NCBI GenBank assembly: GCA_004558105.1
Contig: SFEB01000001.1
Location: forward strand, 1 to 55,308
Direction: 5' to 3'
DNA length: 55,308 nt
From: Clostridiales bacterium
GTDB lineage: Bacteria > Bacillota > Clostridia > Christensenellales > CAG-314
The notes under the pieces are model-generated. The model saw only the letters and a program-made list of their open reading frames with translations, searched no databases and was not told the origin of the DNA. A program made the position numbers and the translations under genes. Below are positions 1-10,159 of the stretch, piece by piece. Numbering within the stretch: the stretch's first letter is position 1; each line of letters starts with the position of its first letter.

Positions 1-38
1 TCGTAAACATCGACGACAGTTTTTTACCGGGCGTAAAT

Positions 39-671
39 ATGGTCTGGATTTGGCTGGTAGTTTTTGCCGTAACGCTTTTTTGCGTGTGTCTTGCGACTTC
101 TTTCGTCGAGAGGCATATCAGGTTTGGTACCCGAAAATATCTGAGAGTGTTGAGAAGCGTTAACGAAGTAGTGATGTATATAATGCCTTTCGTTGTACTC
201 ATGGTAGTGGTTTTCGAAGTGCTGATGCTTATTCTTTGCGGCCTTATCGTGTTGCTGTCTCAAATCAACGGTATTGCATTTTACGTTATTTCCGTGTTTT
301 TAGCCGTTATTTTTTACGAAGGATACTTTGTAGTGGCGGCTTTGACGTTGTTGACGCCGCCTTGCATGTTTTTTGACGGTTATAAATTCAGTTCAGCTAT
401 CGGGTATTCGATGCATCTGAGCGCGGAACACTTCAGAGAAATGTTTCTCGGTATTCTTTTGCCGATCATCGTTTCGCAGGTTTTGCTTGCCGTTTTAAAA
501 TTCCTTGTAGGGCTTTTGCCTTCAGAATCACTCAGTTATGCGTTGACGGTTGCGTTGAAGTTTTTGTTCTATCTTTGGTGGCTTGTATATTTGCCATGCC
601 TGTCTTGTTGTAAATATGCGGATTTTACCGAGATGAAACGAGCCGACCTGAAATTGAAAATATTTGGATAG
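39..671 (+). CDS. Hypothetical polytopic membrane protein (possibly 5'-truncated by the window edge)
   Basis: 210-aa ORF with several long hydrophobic segments. There is no SD before ATG-39 and the frame stays open back to nt 3, so the true start may lie upstream of the window. No family recognised. Confidence 0.5.
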   Translation: MVWIWLVVFAVTLFCVCLATSFVERHIRFGTRKYLRVLRSVNEVVMYIMPFVVLMVVVFEVLMLILCGLIVLLSQINGIAFYVISVFLAVIFYEGYFVVAALTLLTPPCMFFDGYKFSSAIGYSMHLSAEHFREMFLGILLPIIVSQVLLAVLKFLVGLLPSESLSYALTVALKFLFYLWWLVYLPCLSCCKYADFTEMKRADLKLKIFG

Positions 672-683
672 GAGGAAAAATAA

Positions 684-1646
684 ATGTATTTTAAAAGAAC
701 CTTAAATCTTGCTTTTCATACCTATCCCATACATCTTAAGTCGCTTTTGTTGCAATTGGCGGTCGTCGCTCTCGTTGTCGCCATAGTGGCGTTATTCTTT
801 TTTAATACCGGCGGGCAAATCGTCGATGAAATCAAAGCGGAGAAGGTAATAGAACAAGCAACGGGAATTATTGAAGATATCGTCGAAGGTAAAACGTCGG
901 AAGAGGACGGTTTTAACGATAAAATCGTTGATTTTGTAGACAGTTTAAAAAACGTTTTTACGGCGATACCCAATCTGGCACAAAAAGTATCCCTTGCGGT
1001 CTGGTTGTTTATTATTCTCGGATACATGCTGTATTTCTTTTTCGGTATGACTTTGTACGTTAATATATACGCAATAAACAGATTTATGTCGACCAACGTA
1101 TCTGGGTTTTATTTGTGGACGTATATCAAAGAATTTAAGAATAACTTAAAAATCAATTTGTCTGCTGCATTGATTTGTATGATTTTTGACGCAGGTGTGG
1201 CTATGGCGGTCGTAGGCGCGTACGTAATGGCGTTTTCCGGTTGGGGAACGGTTGGCATCGTAGTGTCGGTACTGTTGTTTATATTTTTACTCAGTATCCG
1301 TCGTACCGTACTTTCTTATTGGATTCCTACCTTCATTGTCGAAGAATGCGGAGTCAAAGAAGCGTTTAAAAAAAGCGTGGGAATGATGTTGGACGATTTC
1401 GGAAAATTGTTGTTGAAAACTTTTATCGTCATATTCGTTGCGGTGGCACTGGCGTTGTTATCAATGTGGCTGTTTGAGGTCGTTTGGGCGGGGGTAATTA
1501 TTATTCTGCTCTGTTTAATTGCCGGTCATTATCTGACATGTTCTTATCTCGTGGACTATTACGAACACAATCACAAAACTTATTTTACGAAAAAGGTAAA
1601 ACTGTCTTCTTTGACGGGCGACGGTGAAAATACGTCAGAAAACTAA
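684..1646 (+). CDS. Hypothetical polytopic membrane protein
   Basis: 320-aa ORF with AGGAGG 7 nt upstream of the ATG. Multiple TM-like stretches and an acidic soluble insert (IEDIVEGKTSEEDGFNDK). No family recognised. Confidence 0.6.
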   Translation: MYFKRTLNLAFHTYPIHLKSLLLQLAVVALVVAIVALFFFNTGGQIVDEIKAEKVIEQATGIIEDIVEGKTSEEDGFNDKIVDFVDSLKNVFTAIPNLAQKVSLAVWLFIILGYMLYFFFGMTLYVNIYAINRFMSTNVSGFYLWTYIKEFKNNLKINLSAALICMIFDAGVAMAVVGAYVMAFSGWGTVGIVVSVLLFIFLLSIRRTVLSYWIPTFIVEECGVKEAFKKSVGMMLDDFGKLLLKTFIVIFVAVALALLSMWLFEVVWAGVIIILLCLIAGHYLTCSYLVDYYEHNHKTYFTKKVKLSSLTGDGENTSEN

Positions 1647-1673
1647 CTTTTTCAATTACATCCGGAGAATGGA

Positions 1674-3878
1674 ATGATTAACTTAAACCCTCAACAACTT
1701 AACGCCGCAAACGCATTGGAAGGCGCAGTAATGGTACTTGCCGGCGCTGGGAGCGGAAAAACCCGCGTTCTTACCGAGCGTATAGGCAATCTTGTCAACA
1801 GCGGCGTTTTACCGTATAATATTTTAGCGATAACCTTCACCAATAAAGCTGCTGCGGAAATGAAAGAACGTCTTATAGATACCTGCTCAACCAGGGGAAT
1901 GACGATTTGTACCATTCACAGCATGTGTGCGAGGATATTGCGCGAAGACGCAGATAAACTCGGTTATACCAAAAATTTTACCATATACGACGCAACCGAC
2001 TCGAAGCGCGTAATCAAAAAGCTTTTTAAGCGGTTTTTCCCCAATGAAGAGACTAAATCGGCAGAAAAATATGCGACGGAAGCGTTGAGTGTTTTATCCG
2101 ACGTAAAAAACGACGGATTGACTTTGCCTGAGGGTATAGACGACGGGTTTTTAGAGTATTGCAGCAGTGTGGAAATAGTGGAAAAACTCGTGACGGAGTA
2201 TCAAAAACAGTTGAAATTATCCGACAGTATGGATTTTGACGACTTGTTGCTTAACGTTTACTTATTGCTCAGGGATAACGTAGAAATTCTGGCTAAATAT
2301 CGGCAACGCTACCGTTATATCAGCATTGACGAGTTTCAGGATACGAACACCGTACAGTATAAAATTTTCCGTTTGCTTGCAGGCGACGACGGCAACATTT
2401 TCGTTGTGGGCGACGACGACCAATCCATATACGGCTGGCGCGGAGCCAACGCCGACAATATGCAAAAGTTCAAAAATGATTATCCTTCCGCTCAGGTTTT
2501 TTATCTTGAACAGAATTATCGCAGCACTAAAAAAATACTTGAAGTCGCCAACAACCTTATCAAGAAAAACGACGGGCGTTTCGATAAAACTCTCTGGACG
2601 GAAAACGCCGACGGCGTGAGGGTGGAAAATTATTCCGCGCGCGACGAATCCGACGAGGCAAGGTTTTGTATTCAACAAGTTTCCGCCCTGGTCGGACGTG
2701 GTTACAAATACAGTGATTTTGCCATACTCATGCGTATAAACGCTTTGTCGCGTTCGTTTGAACAGGAGTGCATGAGTTACGGCATACCTTTTAAGGTATT
2801 CGGCGGTTTTAAGTTTTTTGAACGCAAAGAAATCAAAGACGTTACCGCTTACTTGCGCCTTATCGTAAATCCCAGCGACGACGAAGCGTTTTTGCGCGCC
2901 ATCGGTACCCGTAAAGGTATAGGCGACGCTACGATTAACAAACTTGTAGATTACGCCGCAAAAAAAAGAGTAAGTCTGACGGAGAGTCTTTTAACCATAG
3001 AAGAGGACGGGATTTTCAATAAAGGAACGGCAGGAAAACTGAGTGCTTTCGGCGACTCCGTAAGGTGTTTGCGGGACAGAACCGACGGCGATACGGTGGG
3101 ACAAATTGTAACCGCCGCCGTAAAAATCAGCGGTCTGACAGATGAAGTAAAGACAGAAGAAGACCGTTCCAGAGCGGAAAACCTTAACGAACTTTGTTTG
3201 TCTGCTTCGGAATTTTCCGAAGCCAACCCCGAAGCCGATTTGACAGATTATCTCGAAAGTATAAGCTTAAAAAGCGATATCGACGAGATGAACTCCGACG
3301 ATTATTTATCTATTGCCACCATTCATGCCGCAAAAGGTCTGGAATGGAAGGTGGTTTTCGTTGTCGGTATGGACGAGGGAATTTTTCCCGGCAACAGGGC
3401 GATAACGGACTTGTCGCAAATGAGGGAAGAACGTCGTCTCGCTTACGTCGCGGTCACAAGGGCGCGAGAAAGACTTTTCGTCACGCGCGCACAAAGCAGA
3501 TTTTTGTACGGTGAACGGAAGTATATGGTTGTCAGCCGTTTTTACAAAGATATTGTCGGCGAACCTCAGCATGAACAACGTTACGACAGCGACGGGGTGC
3601 CGACGTTTGACTTTACTTCAACCGTTTCAGACGTAAAGACCAATTCCACCATGACTTTCAATCCGTCCAATTTCGGCATCGCGCAAAAGGTTTCGCAAAC
3701 GGTTAAGCCTTCTTCCGACGCGGTGACTTCGGTAAAAATAGGGCAAAAGGTATTGCACAAACTTTACGGCGAAGGTATTGTGCTTAACCTGAACAACGGC
3801 AATGCGGATATTCTGTTTAATTCTGTCGGCAAAAAGACCTTAAATCTCAAGTTCGCGCCGTTAAAAATTCTCGATTAA
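1674..3878 (+). CDS. pcrA: ATP-dependent DNA helicase PcrA/UvrD family
   Basis: Walker A AGAGSGKT. SF1 motifs: DEFQDTN, VGDDDQSIYGWRGA, LEQNYRST, IHAAKGLEW, VAVTRA. C-terminal Tudor-like tail. Followed by ligA, as in Bacillus. Confidence 0.9.
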   Translation: MINLNPQQLNAANALEGAVMVLAGAGSGKTRVLTERIGNLVNSGVLPYNILAITFTNKAAAEMKERLIDTCSTRGMTICTIHSMCARILREDADKLGYTKNFTIYDATDSKRVIKKLFKRFFPNEETKSAEKYATEALSVLSDVKNDGLTLPEGIDDGFLEYCSSVEIVEKLVTEYQKQLKLSDSMDFDDLLLNVYLLLRDNVEILAKYRQRYRYISIDEFQDTNTVQYKIFRLLAGDDGNIFVVGDDDQSIYGWRGANADNMQKFKNDYPSAQVFYLEQNYRSTKKILEVANNLIKKNDGRFDKTLWTENADGVRVENYSARDESDEARFCIQQVSALVGRGYKYSDFAILMRINALSRSFEQECMSYGIPFKVFGGFKFFERKEIKDVTAYLRLIVNPSDDEAFLRAIGTRKGIGDATINKLVDYAAKKRVSLTESLLTIEEDGIFNKGTAGKLSAFGDSVRCLRDRTDGDTVGQIVTAAVKISGLTDEVKTEEDRSRAENLNELCLSASEFSEANPEADLTDYLESISLKSDIDEMNSDDYLSIATIHAAKGLEWKVVFVVGMDEGIFPGNRAITDLSQMREERRLAYVAVTRARERLFVTRAQSRFLYGERKYMVVSRFYKDIVGEPQHEQRYDSDGVPTFDFTSTVSDVKTNSTMTFNPSNFGIAQKVSQTVKPSSDAVTSVKIGQKVLHKLYGEGIVLNLNNGNADILFNSVGKKTLNLKFAPLKILD

Positions 3879-3887
3879 GGAGACAAA

Positions 3888-5861
3888 ATGAAGGACGTTC
3901 AACTCGACGCCATGCGAGCCCTCGTAGACCAACTTAACGTCTGGGCAAAAGAATACTATACGTTAGACGCTCCGTCGGTTTCGGACGAAAAGTACGACGC
4001 CGCTTACGACCGTCTTCTTTTGTTGGAAAAACAAACGGGAATAGTGTTACCCGACAGTCCGACGCACCGAGTCGGCGGTCAGACTCTCGATAAGTTTGAA
4101 GAGCATAAACATCTGACGCGTTTGTACAGTCTTGACAAGGCGCAAAGTTTCGGCGAACTCAAGAGTTGGTACGAAAAGATAGTAAAAGACGCTCCCGACG
4201 CTGAGTTTACCGTCGAGTTAAAGTATGACGGTCTGACGTTAAACCTGACTTATGACAAAGGAAAACTGGTGACGGGCGCAACACGAGGGAAAGGCGTAGT
4301 GGGCGAGAACGTTACGGGACAGGCAAAAACCATTAAATCCGCTCCGCTTTCCATAGGATTCGATAAACTTATTGAAATTCAGGGCGAAGCGATAATGCAT
4401 CTTTCCGCTTTGGAAAAATACAATAAAAATCATCCCGACGATACCATTAAAAATGCCCGCAACGGCGCGGCAGGCGCGATAAGAAACCTTAATCCTGCCG
4501 TGACGGCGAGTCGCAACCTCGACGTCGTTTGTTATTCCGTAGGTTACGACGGCGGTAGCGGCGTTCGTTCGCAAGAAGAGTTGGTGCGCTTTTTACGCGA
4601 CAACGGTTTTCGGACGAGCGATTATTTTAAGAAGGTCAGGACTTTTGAAGAAATCAAACAATGTATAGAGGAAATAGGCGCGGCTCGCGACAGTCTGGAC
4701 TTTTTGATTGACGGTGCGGTTGTTAAGGTGAATGATTTTTCGATAAGAGAAAACCTTGGATTTACCGATAAGTTTCCGCGTTGGGCGATTGCTTTTAAAT
4801 TTAAGGCGGAAGAAGTAACGACGGTTTTAAAATCGGTAGAGTGGCAGGTCGGACGAACAGGCAAACTTACGCCTCTCGGTCATCTTGAACCGATAGAACT
4901 TTGCGGCGCTACCATTTCGCGCGCAACTTTAAATAATTACGACGACATTTTAAGAAAAAACCTCAGCGTGAACAGTCTTGTTTTTGTCCGCAGAAGCAAC
5001 GACGTTATTCCCGAAGTGCTTGGTCTTGCGGAAAAAACGGCTAAAAGCAGACCTATCTTGCCTCCGGAAGTTTGTCCCGTATGCGATTCGCCGCTTGTCA
5101 ATAAGGGCGCAAATTTGTACTGTCCTAATACTTACGGTTGCGAAAAGCAGATAGAAGCGCGCATTACTCACTTTTGTTCGAAAAACGCTTTCGATATAGA
5201 GGGAATAAGCAATAAAATGGTGTTGCAACTCATGCAAATCGGCGTCACTACACCTCTTGATTTGTATTCACTGACGAAAGAGCAGTTGATTACTCTCGAC
5301 GCGTTTTCGGACAAAAAACAAAAATACAAAAAAGCGCAAAACCTGATCAACGCTATTGAAAAAAGCAAATCCGTTCTTTTACCCAACTTTATTTACGGCT
5401 TGGGAATAGACAACGTAGGTGTTGTTACCGCAAAAGAATTGGCGAGGATATTTAAAAACGTCGACGGTCTTTCTGCCGCAACGCAGGAACAACTGGTTGC
5501 CATTGACGACGTGGGCGAGATTGTTGCGCAGAGTATAATCGACTTTTTCAACGGCGATTACGGCAGAAATCTGGTAGTCGGATTAAAATCGAAAGGTATC
5601 GACCCGCAGTTTGCTTCCGCTCGGTCGGAAGGGGTTTTCAGCGGCAAAAAGGTGGTATTGACGGGCACTTTATCGTCTTTCACTCGTAGTGCCGCGGCTT
5701 TGGAGATAGAAAAACGCGGCGGAACTGTGGCGAGTTCGGTTACAAACGACACCAATCTTGTAGTCGCGGGCACGGACGCGGGGAGTAAGTTGCTAAAAGC
5801 CAAAGAAAAAGGAATCGAGATTTGGGACGAAGATACGTTCGTTGCCGCATTAAAAAAATAA
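3888..5861 (+). CDS. ligA: NAD-dependent DNA ligase
   Basis: Adenylation motif VELKYDG, OB fold, four-Cys Zn finger (CPVCDS...CPNTYGC), HhH region and C-terminal BRCT (FSGKKVVLTGTL). AGGAG SD. Confidence 0.95.
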   Translation: MKDVQLDAMRALVDQLNVWAKEYYTLDAPSVSDEKYDAAYDRLLLLEKQTGIVLPDSPTHRVGGQTLDKFEEHKHLTRLYSLDKAQSFGELKSWYEKIVKDAPDAEFTVELKYDGLTLNLTYDKGKLVTGATRGKGVVGENVTGQAKTIKSAPLSIGFDKLIEIQGEAIMHLSALEKYNKNHPDDTIKNARNGAAGAIRNLNPAVTASRNLDVVCYSVGYDGGSGVRSQEELVRFLRDNGFRTSDYFKKVRTFEEIKQCIEEIGAARDSLDFLIDGAVVKVNDFSIRENLGFTDKFPRWAIAFKFKAEEVTTVLKSVEWQVGRTGKLTPLGHLEPIELCGATISRATLNNYDDILRKNLSVNSLVFVRRSNDVIPEVLGLAEKTAKSRPILPPEVCPVCDSPLVNKGANLYCPNTYGCEKQIEARITHFCSKNAFDIEGISNKMVLQLMQIGVTTPLDLYSLTKEQLITLDAFSDKKQKYKKAQNLINAIEKSKSVLLPNFIYGLGIDNVGVVTAKELARIFKNVDGLSAATQEQLVAIDDVGEIVAQSIIDFFNGDYGRNLVVGLKSKGIDPQFASARSEGVFSGKKVVLTGTLSSFTRSAAALEIEKRGGTVASSVTNDTNLVVAGTDAGSKLLKAKEKGIEIWDEDTFVAALKK

Positions 5862-5878
5862 TAAAAATCAAAAAACGC

Positions 5879-5907
5879 TTTCAATATGGCAAACGTTGTG
5901 CTATAAT
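5879..5907 (+). promoter_or_regulatory. Candidate sigma-A promoter with extended -10 (TGcTATAAT) ahead of the amidase gene
   Basis: TATAAT at 5902-5907 preceded by TG at 5899-5900. Weak -35 (tttcaa/ttcaat) 16-17 nt upstream. Confidence 0.4.
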
Positions 5908-5955
5908 AATTATTTGTAGAAATGCAAAAGAAGGACACTTAAGGAAAAAACGTAC

Positions 5956-7308
5956 ATGGATATCGGCAATATGTCATTAGCGCAAATTTCGCGCGCCATT
6001 TTCGATAAAAAACTGTCGGCGGTTGAGTTAAACCGTCATTGTCTGGATATTTATAATGCAACCAAACGACTCAACGCATTTACCGAAGTGGACGAGGAGT
6101 ACGTTTTGGCTCAGGCTCGGGCGGTAGACGAAAAAATCGCCGCCAATGAAAAAATAGGCATTCTCGCAGGTATCCCTGTCGGCGTAAAAGACAATATGAC
6201 GACGGAACACTACTCGACGACGTGTGCAAGCGACTGTTTTAAGGACAAGGACGTTCTTCCTCGCGTTGACAGTGAGGTAGTTAAAAAACTTCGAAACAGT
6301 GACGCCGTTATTTTCGGCAAAACCAATATGGACGAGTTTGCCATGGGATTTTCCAGCACCAATTCCGCATACGGTGAAGTTTTAAATCCGTACGGAGACG
6401 AGTATAGTGCAGGAGGGAGCAGTGGCGGAAGTGCCGTTGCAGTGGCTGTCGGCAGTGTGTTAGGTGCGCTTGGCAGCGACACGGGTGGCAGTATCAGACA
6501 GCCTGCGGCAAATTGCGGAGTGGTGGGTTTTAAACCCACTTTCGACTCCGTTTCGCGTGAGGGGATATTTCCGTTGAGCGATTCTTTAGACCACGCCGGA
6601 TGCCTGACCAAAACTGTGGAAGATTGCGCCAGGCTTTTCGGAGTAATCAAAAAAAATCCGACGGATTACGGTAGCGTGTTCGTACCTGCCAAGCCCGGTC
6701 TCAAAGTGGCTTATCTTGCCGATTTCAGCAAAGCGTTCGTCGACGAGGATATTCTGAACAGCTTTTTAAAGTCTGTAGACGCACTAAAACGGAGCGGTTA
6801 CATAGTAGACGGCATAGAATTCGATTTATCCAAACAGATAGCGGAAACTTATAAGATTCTTTGCTGTACCGAGGGCGTACGCAGTTTCGAATGGTTCAAC
6901 TCTCTGTTTCCCGACGCGATAGCTCTCGGCAAATGCAGGCAGGAAGTGGTAAAACGCGTGACTTTCGGTAAAAAGGTATTGACGGAAAATTCCGACGCCA
7001 TAGAATCCGCAAAGGCTGTCAGGGAAAAGACGAAAGCGAAAATTGCGGATATTTTATCCGAATTCGACGTCATCGTAAGTCCTACTACTTTGCTTTGCGC
7101 CTCAAAACGAAACGAAGAAATTCCGGACGAGAAGGGATTTACTTCGGACTTGTTTTCCATCGTATGCAACCTGACCGGTATTCCTGCGATAAGCGTGCCA
7201 ATGGGCAAGGATAAAAACGGCATACCGATGGGTTTTCAGATAATGTCGGCAAGAAACCGCGAGGCGGATTTGTTTAAAGTTGCTTTCGACTTTGAACGTA
7301 CAAAATAA
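5956..7308 (+). CDS. Amidase-signature family protein, GatA-like
   Basis: VGVKDN (catalytic Lys), GGSSGGSAVAVA and GSDTGGSIRQPA amidase-signature motifs closely resemble GatA. No gatC or gatB is adjacent. Confidence 0.75.
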   Translation: MDIGNMSLAQISRAIFDKKLSAVELNRHCLDIYNATKRLNAFTEVDEEYVLAQARAVDEKIAANEKIGILAGIPVGVKDNMTTEHYSTTCASDCFKDKDVLPRVDSEVVKKLRNSDAVIFGKTNMDEFAMGFSSTNSAYGEVLNPYGDEYSAGGSSGGSAVAVAVGSVLGALGSDTGGSIRQPAANCGVVGFKPTFDSVSREGIFPLSDSLDHAGCLTKTVEDCARLFGVIKKNPTDYGSVFVPAKPGLKVAYLADFSKAFVDEDILNSFLKSVDALKRSGYIVDGIEFDLSKQIAETYKILCCTEGVRSFEWFNSLFPDAIALGKCRQEVVKRVTFGKKVLTENSDAIESAKAVREKTKAKIADILSEFDVIVSPTTLLCASKRNEEIPDEKGFTSDLFSIVCNLTGIPAISVPMGKDKNGIPMGFQIMSARNREADLFKVAFDFERTK

Positions 7309-7337
7309 CCAAAACACGAAAAACGAGGAATAAAAAC

Positions 7338-8213
7338 ATGAAAAGTATGACGGGTTATGGCAAAGGCTCGGCAAATTACGAAGGACGCACTTTGACGGTT
7401 GAGTTAAAGAGCGTCAATCATAGGTATCTTGATCTTTCGATAAGACTTCCGCGCGCCTTTTTAGCGTACGAAGATTTGTTCAGACAACAACTTTCGCTAG
7501 GTCTCAATCGCGGTCATGTGGACGTATACGTCAATTACGAGGATTGTTCCAACCGTCCCAAAAAACTCAATATCGACCAAGGTCTTGCAAAAAGTCTCGT
7601 GGAAACGTCCAGACAACTGCAGGAACAGTTCGATATAAAAAACGATTTTAACGTTAACAGCCTTCTTAAAAGTCAGGACGTTCTTACCGTCATGCAAGAA
7701 GAAGACGATCCCGCAATAATCAAGAATTTAGTAACGGAAAGCGTTTCGGCGGCGGTTACCAATCTCAATAAGATGCGCGAGGCGGAAGGAGAAAAACTTT
7801 CAGTCACGTTAAACGGTTTTGTGGATAATATCGAAAAGCTTGTCGACGAAATTTCAGCATACGCTCCGAGCGTGGTGGAGGAGTATCGTAACAAACTGAA
7901 AGCCCGTATTTCAGAAGCGCTTGCCGACGTCGCTCTGGACGAAAGCAAACTTGCCAACGAGGTATGTTTCTTTGCGGACAAGAGTAATATTGACGAAGAA
8001 TTGGCGCGTTTAAAGAGTCATATCGCCCAGATTCGTCAGATTTTCAAGGAAAAAGATCAAATCGGTCGCAAACTTGACTTTTTGGTTCAGGAATTCAACC
8101 GCGAGGCAAATACTATTTGCAGTAAATCCAACAATATCGCCCTTACCAACCTTGCTCTGTCGCTTAAAAACGAGATAGAAAAGGTGAGAGAGCAAATTCA
8201 GAACGTGGAGTAA
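7338..8213 (+). CDS. yicC: YicC/YloC family stress-induced protein
   Basis: N-terminus MKSMTGYG...ELKSVNHRYLD and C-terminus DEELARLKSH...KLDFLVQEFNREANTI..K are typical of YicC. Sits upstream of gmk, as in Firmicutes. Confidence 0.85.
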   Translation: MKSMTGYGKGSANYEGRTLTVELKSVNHRYLDLSIRLPRAFLAYEDLFRQQLSLGLNRGHVDVYVNYEDCSNRPKKLNIDQGLAKSLVETSRQLQEQFDIKNDFNVNSLLKSQDVLTVMQEEDDPAIIKNLVTESVSAAVTNLNKMREAEGEKLSVTLNGFVDNIEKLVDEISAYAPSVVEEYRNKLKARISEALADVALDESKLANEVCFFADKSNIDEELARLKSHIAQIRQIFKEKDQIGRKLDFLVQEFNREANTICSKSNNIALTNLALSLKNEIEKVREQIQNVE

Positions 8214-8220
8214 ACTTACG

Positions 8221-8775
8221 ATGAGTAAAGGAAGGTTATTTGCAGTCAGTGGACCGAGCGGAGTAGGAAAGGGTACAATCGTAGAAAAATTGTTGCCCCT
8301 TTGTCCCGGGCTGGAATTGTCGGTTTCCGCCACTACCCGACAACCGAGAGTGGGCGAAAAAAACGGCGTACATTACTTTTTCATCACTTGCGAAGAGTTC
8401 AACAAGATGATAGAAGAGGACGGTTTTTTAGAGTACGACGTACATTTCAAGAATTTTTACGGCACTCCCAAAAAGTTTGTTTTCGACCGTCTTAACGAGG
8501 GGAAAGACATCTTGTTGGAGATAGACGTTAACGGCGCGTTGAAGGTAAAAGAAAATTGTCCGCAGGCTGTTTTGATTTTTATCATGCCGCCCAGCGTAGA
8601 GGAATTGCGTTACCGCCTGTTGCACCGCAACACCGAGGCGCTTGAAAAGATTGAAGAGCGCATAGCGCGCCTTGATAAGGAAGTTTTATTAAAAGACAAA
8701 TACGACTATACCGTCGTCAACGACGATCTCGATACCGCCGTTGCCGCCGTCTTAAAAATAGTAAAAGGAGAATAA
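8221..8775 (+). CDS. gmk: Guanylate kinase
   Basis: P-loop SGPSGVGKGT, SATTRQPRVGE, GVHYFF. Conserved position before rpoZ. Confidence 0.9.
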   Translation: MSKGRLFAVSGPSGVGKGTIVEKLLPLCPGLELSVSATTRQPRVGEKNGVHYFFITCEEFNKMIEEDGFLEYDVHFKNFYGTPKKFVFDRLNEGKDILLEIDVNGALKVKENCPQAVLIFIMPPSVEELRYRLLHRNTEALEKIEERIARLDKEVLLKDKYDYTVVNDDLDTAVAAVLKIVKGE

Positions 8776-8777
8776 CT

Positions 8778-8969
8778 ATGGCAAAATATGCAACAGACGA
8801 TCTTGCAGACAAAGTAGGTAACAAATATTTATTGGCATGCGCCGTTTCTAAACGCGCAAAGGTTCTTAATCTTATGCAAGAAAAAGACGAGCTTGCCAGC
8901 AACATAAAAACCATTAATTACGCCGCCAACGAATTGATGGAAGACAAAATAAAAATCGTAAACGAATAA
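8778..8969 (+). CDS. rpoZ: DNA-directed RNA polymerase subunit omega
   Basis: 63 aa with NKYLLACAVSKRAKVL core. AAGGAG SD. gmk-rpoZ-coaBC synteny. Confidence 0.8.
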   Translation: MAKYATDDLADKVGNKYLLACAVSKRAKVLNLMQEKDELASNIKTINYAANELMEDKIKIVNE

Positions 8970-10159
8970 TGTTAAAGAATAAAACCGTTGTAGTAGGTGT
9001 ATGCGGCGGAATTGCCGCATACAAAACGTGCGATTTGGTCAGCAGATTAAAAAAGAGCGGCGCGGACGTCCATGTAATTATGACGAACAACGCCACTCAG
9101 TTTGTTGCGCCCTTGACTTTTGAAACTTTATCCGCCAACCGTGTGTCGGTGGATACTTTTTCACCTAAAAAAGAGTGGGAAGTTGCCCATGTCGCACTTG
9201 CCAAACGCGCGGACTTATTTGTTATTGCCCCCGCAACGGCAAATTTTATCGGTAAATACGCCAACGGCATCGCCGACGACATGTTGACCACTACCGTTAT
9301 GGCTACGCATGCTCCCGTTCTGATTGCTCCGGCTATGAACACAGGTATGCTGGAGAGCGATTCTTGTCAATCGAATTTAAAGATTTTGCGCGACAGAGGC
9401 GTTATTACGATAGACGGAGACAGCGGGCGTCTGGCTTGCGGAGACGTAGGTAAAGGTCGCATGGCGGAACCTGCCGCAATTTTTGAAGAAGTAAAAAATA
9501 TTCTGCTCCCGGCGCATGATCTGATTGGTAAAAAAATAGTGGTAACGGCAGGCGCAACGATAGAAAAACTCGATCCCGCCCGCTTTATTACAAACTTCAG
9601 TAGCGGTAAAATGGGTTGCGAAATTGCCAAAAACGCACGTGACCGCGGCGCAGAAGTCGTATTGATTCTTGGCAGGCACACCGCTTTGGTGCCTGACGGC
9701 GTCAACACCGTAACCGTAGAAACCACTGCGCAAATGTTCGACGCGGTTATGAAGGAGTTGCCGACGGCGTTTGCGGTTGTCAAAGCGGGTGCGCCTTGCG
9801 ATTACGCTCCCGAATGTTTTTCCGAAACAAAACTGAAGACTGACAGTCTGACGATTAAATTCAAAAAGAATCCGGATATCGCGGCAGAAGTCGGAAAGAG
9901 AAAAGGCGATACGGTTCTCGTTGCTTTTTCTGCCGAAACCAACGATCTCGTCAAACATGCAACGGAAAAAATGTTGGCAAAAAACGCTGATTTTATAGTT
10001 GCAAACGACGTAACTAAAGAGGGTGCAGGGTTTAACGTCGACACAAATATAGTGACGATAATCGACAGAAACTCAGTTACCGAATATCCGAAACAAACCA
10101 AGGCGCAAGTCGCAAGGTTGATTGTCGATAAGATACTTTCATTAAGACCAAACCAATGA
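8969..10159 (+). CDS. coaBC: Bifunctional phosphopantothenoylcysteine decarboxylase / phosphopantothenate-cysteine ligase
   Basis: N-terminal flavoprotein domain (GVCGGIAAYK, PAMN) and C-terminal CoaB domain (FITNFSSGKMG, ANDV). TAATG overlap with rpoZ. Confidence 0.9.
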   Translation: MLKNKTVVVGVCGGIAAYKTCDLVSRLKKSGADVHVIMTNNATQFVAPLTFETLSANRVSVDTFSPKKEWEVAHVALAKRADLFVIAPATANFIGKYANGIADDMLTTTVMATHAPVLIAPAMNTGMLESDSCQSNLKILRDRGVITIDGDSGRLACGDVGKGRMAEPAAIFEEVKNILLPAHDLIGKKIVVTAGATIEKLDPARFITNFSSGKMGCEIAKNARDRGAEVVLILGRHTALVPDGVNTVTVETTAQMFDAVMKELPTAFAVVKAGAPCDYAPECFSETKLKTDSLTIKFKKNPDIAAEVGKRKGDTVLVAFSAETNDLVKHATEKMLAKNADFIVANDVTKEGAGFNVDTNIVTIIDRNSVTEYPKQTKAQVARLIVDKILSLRPNQ

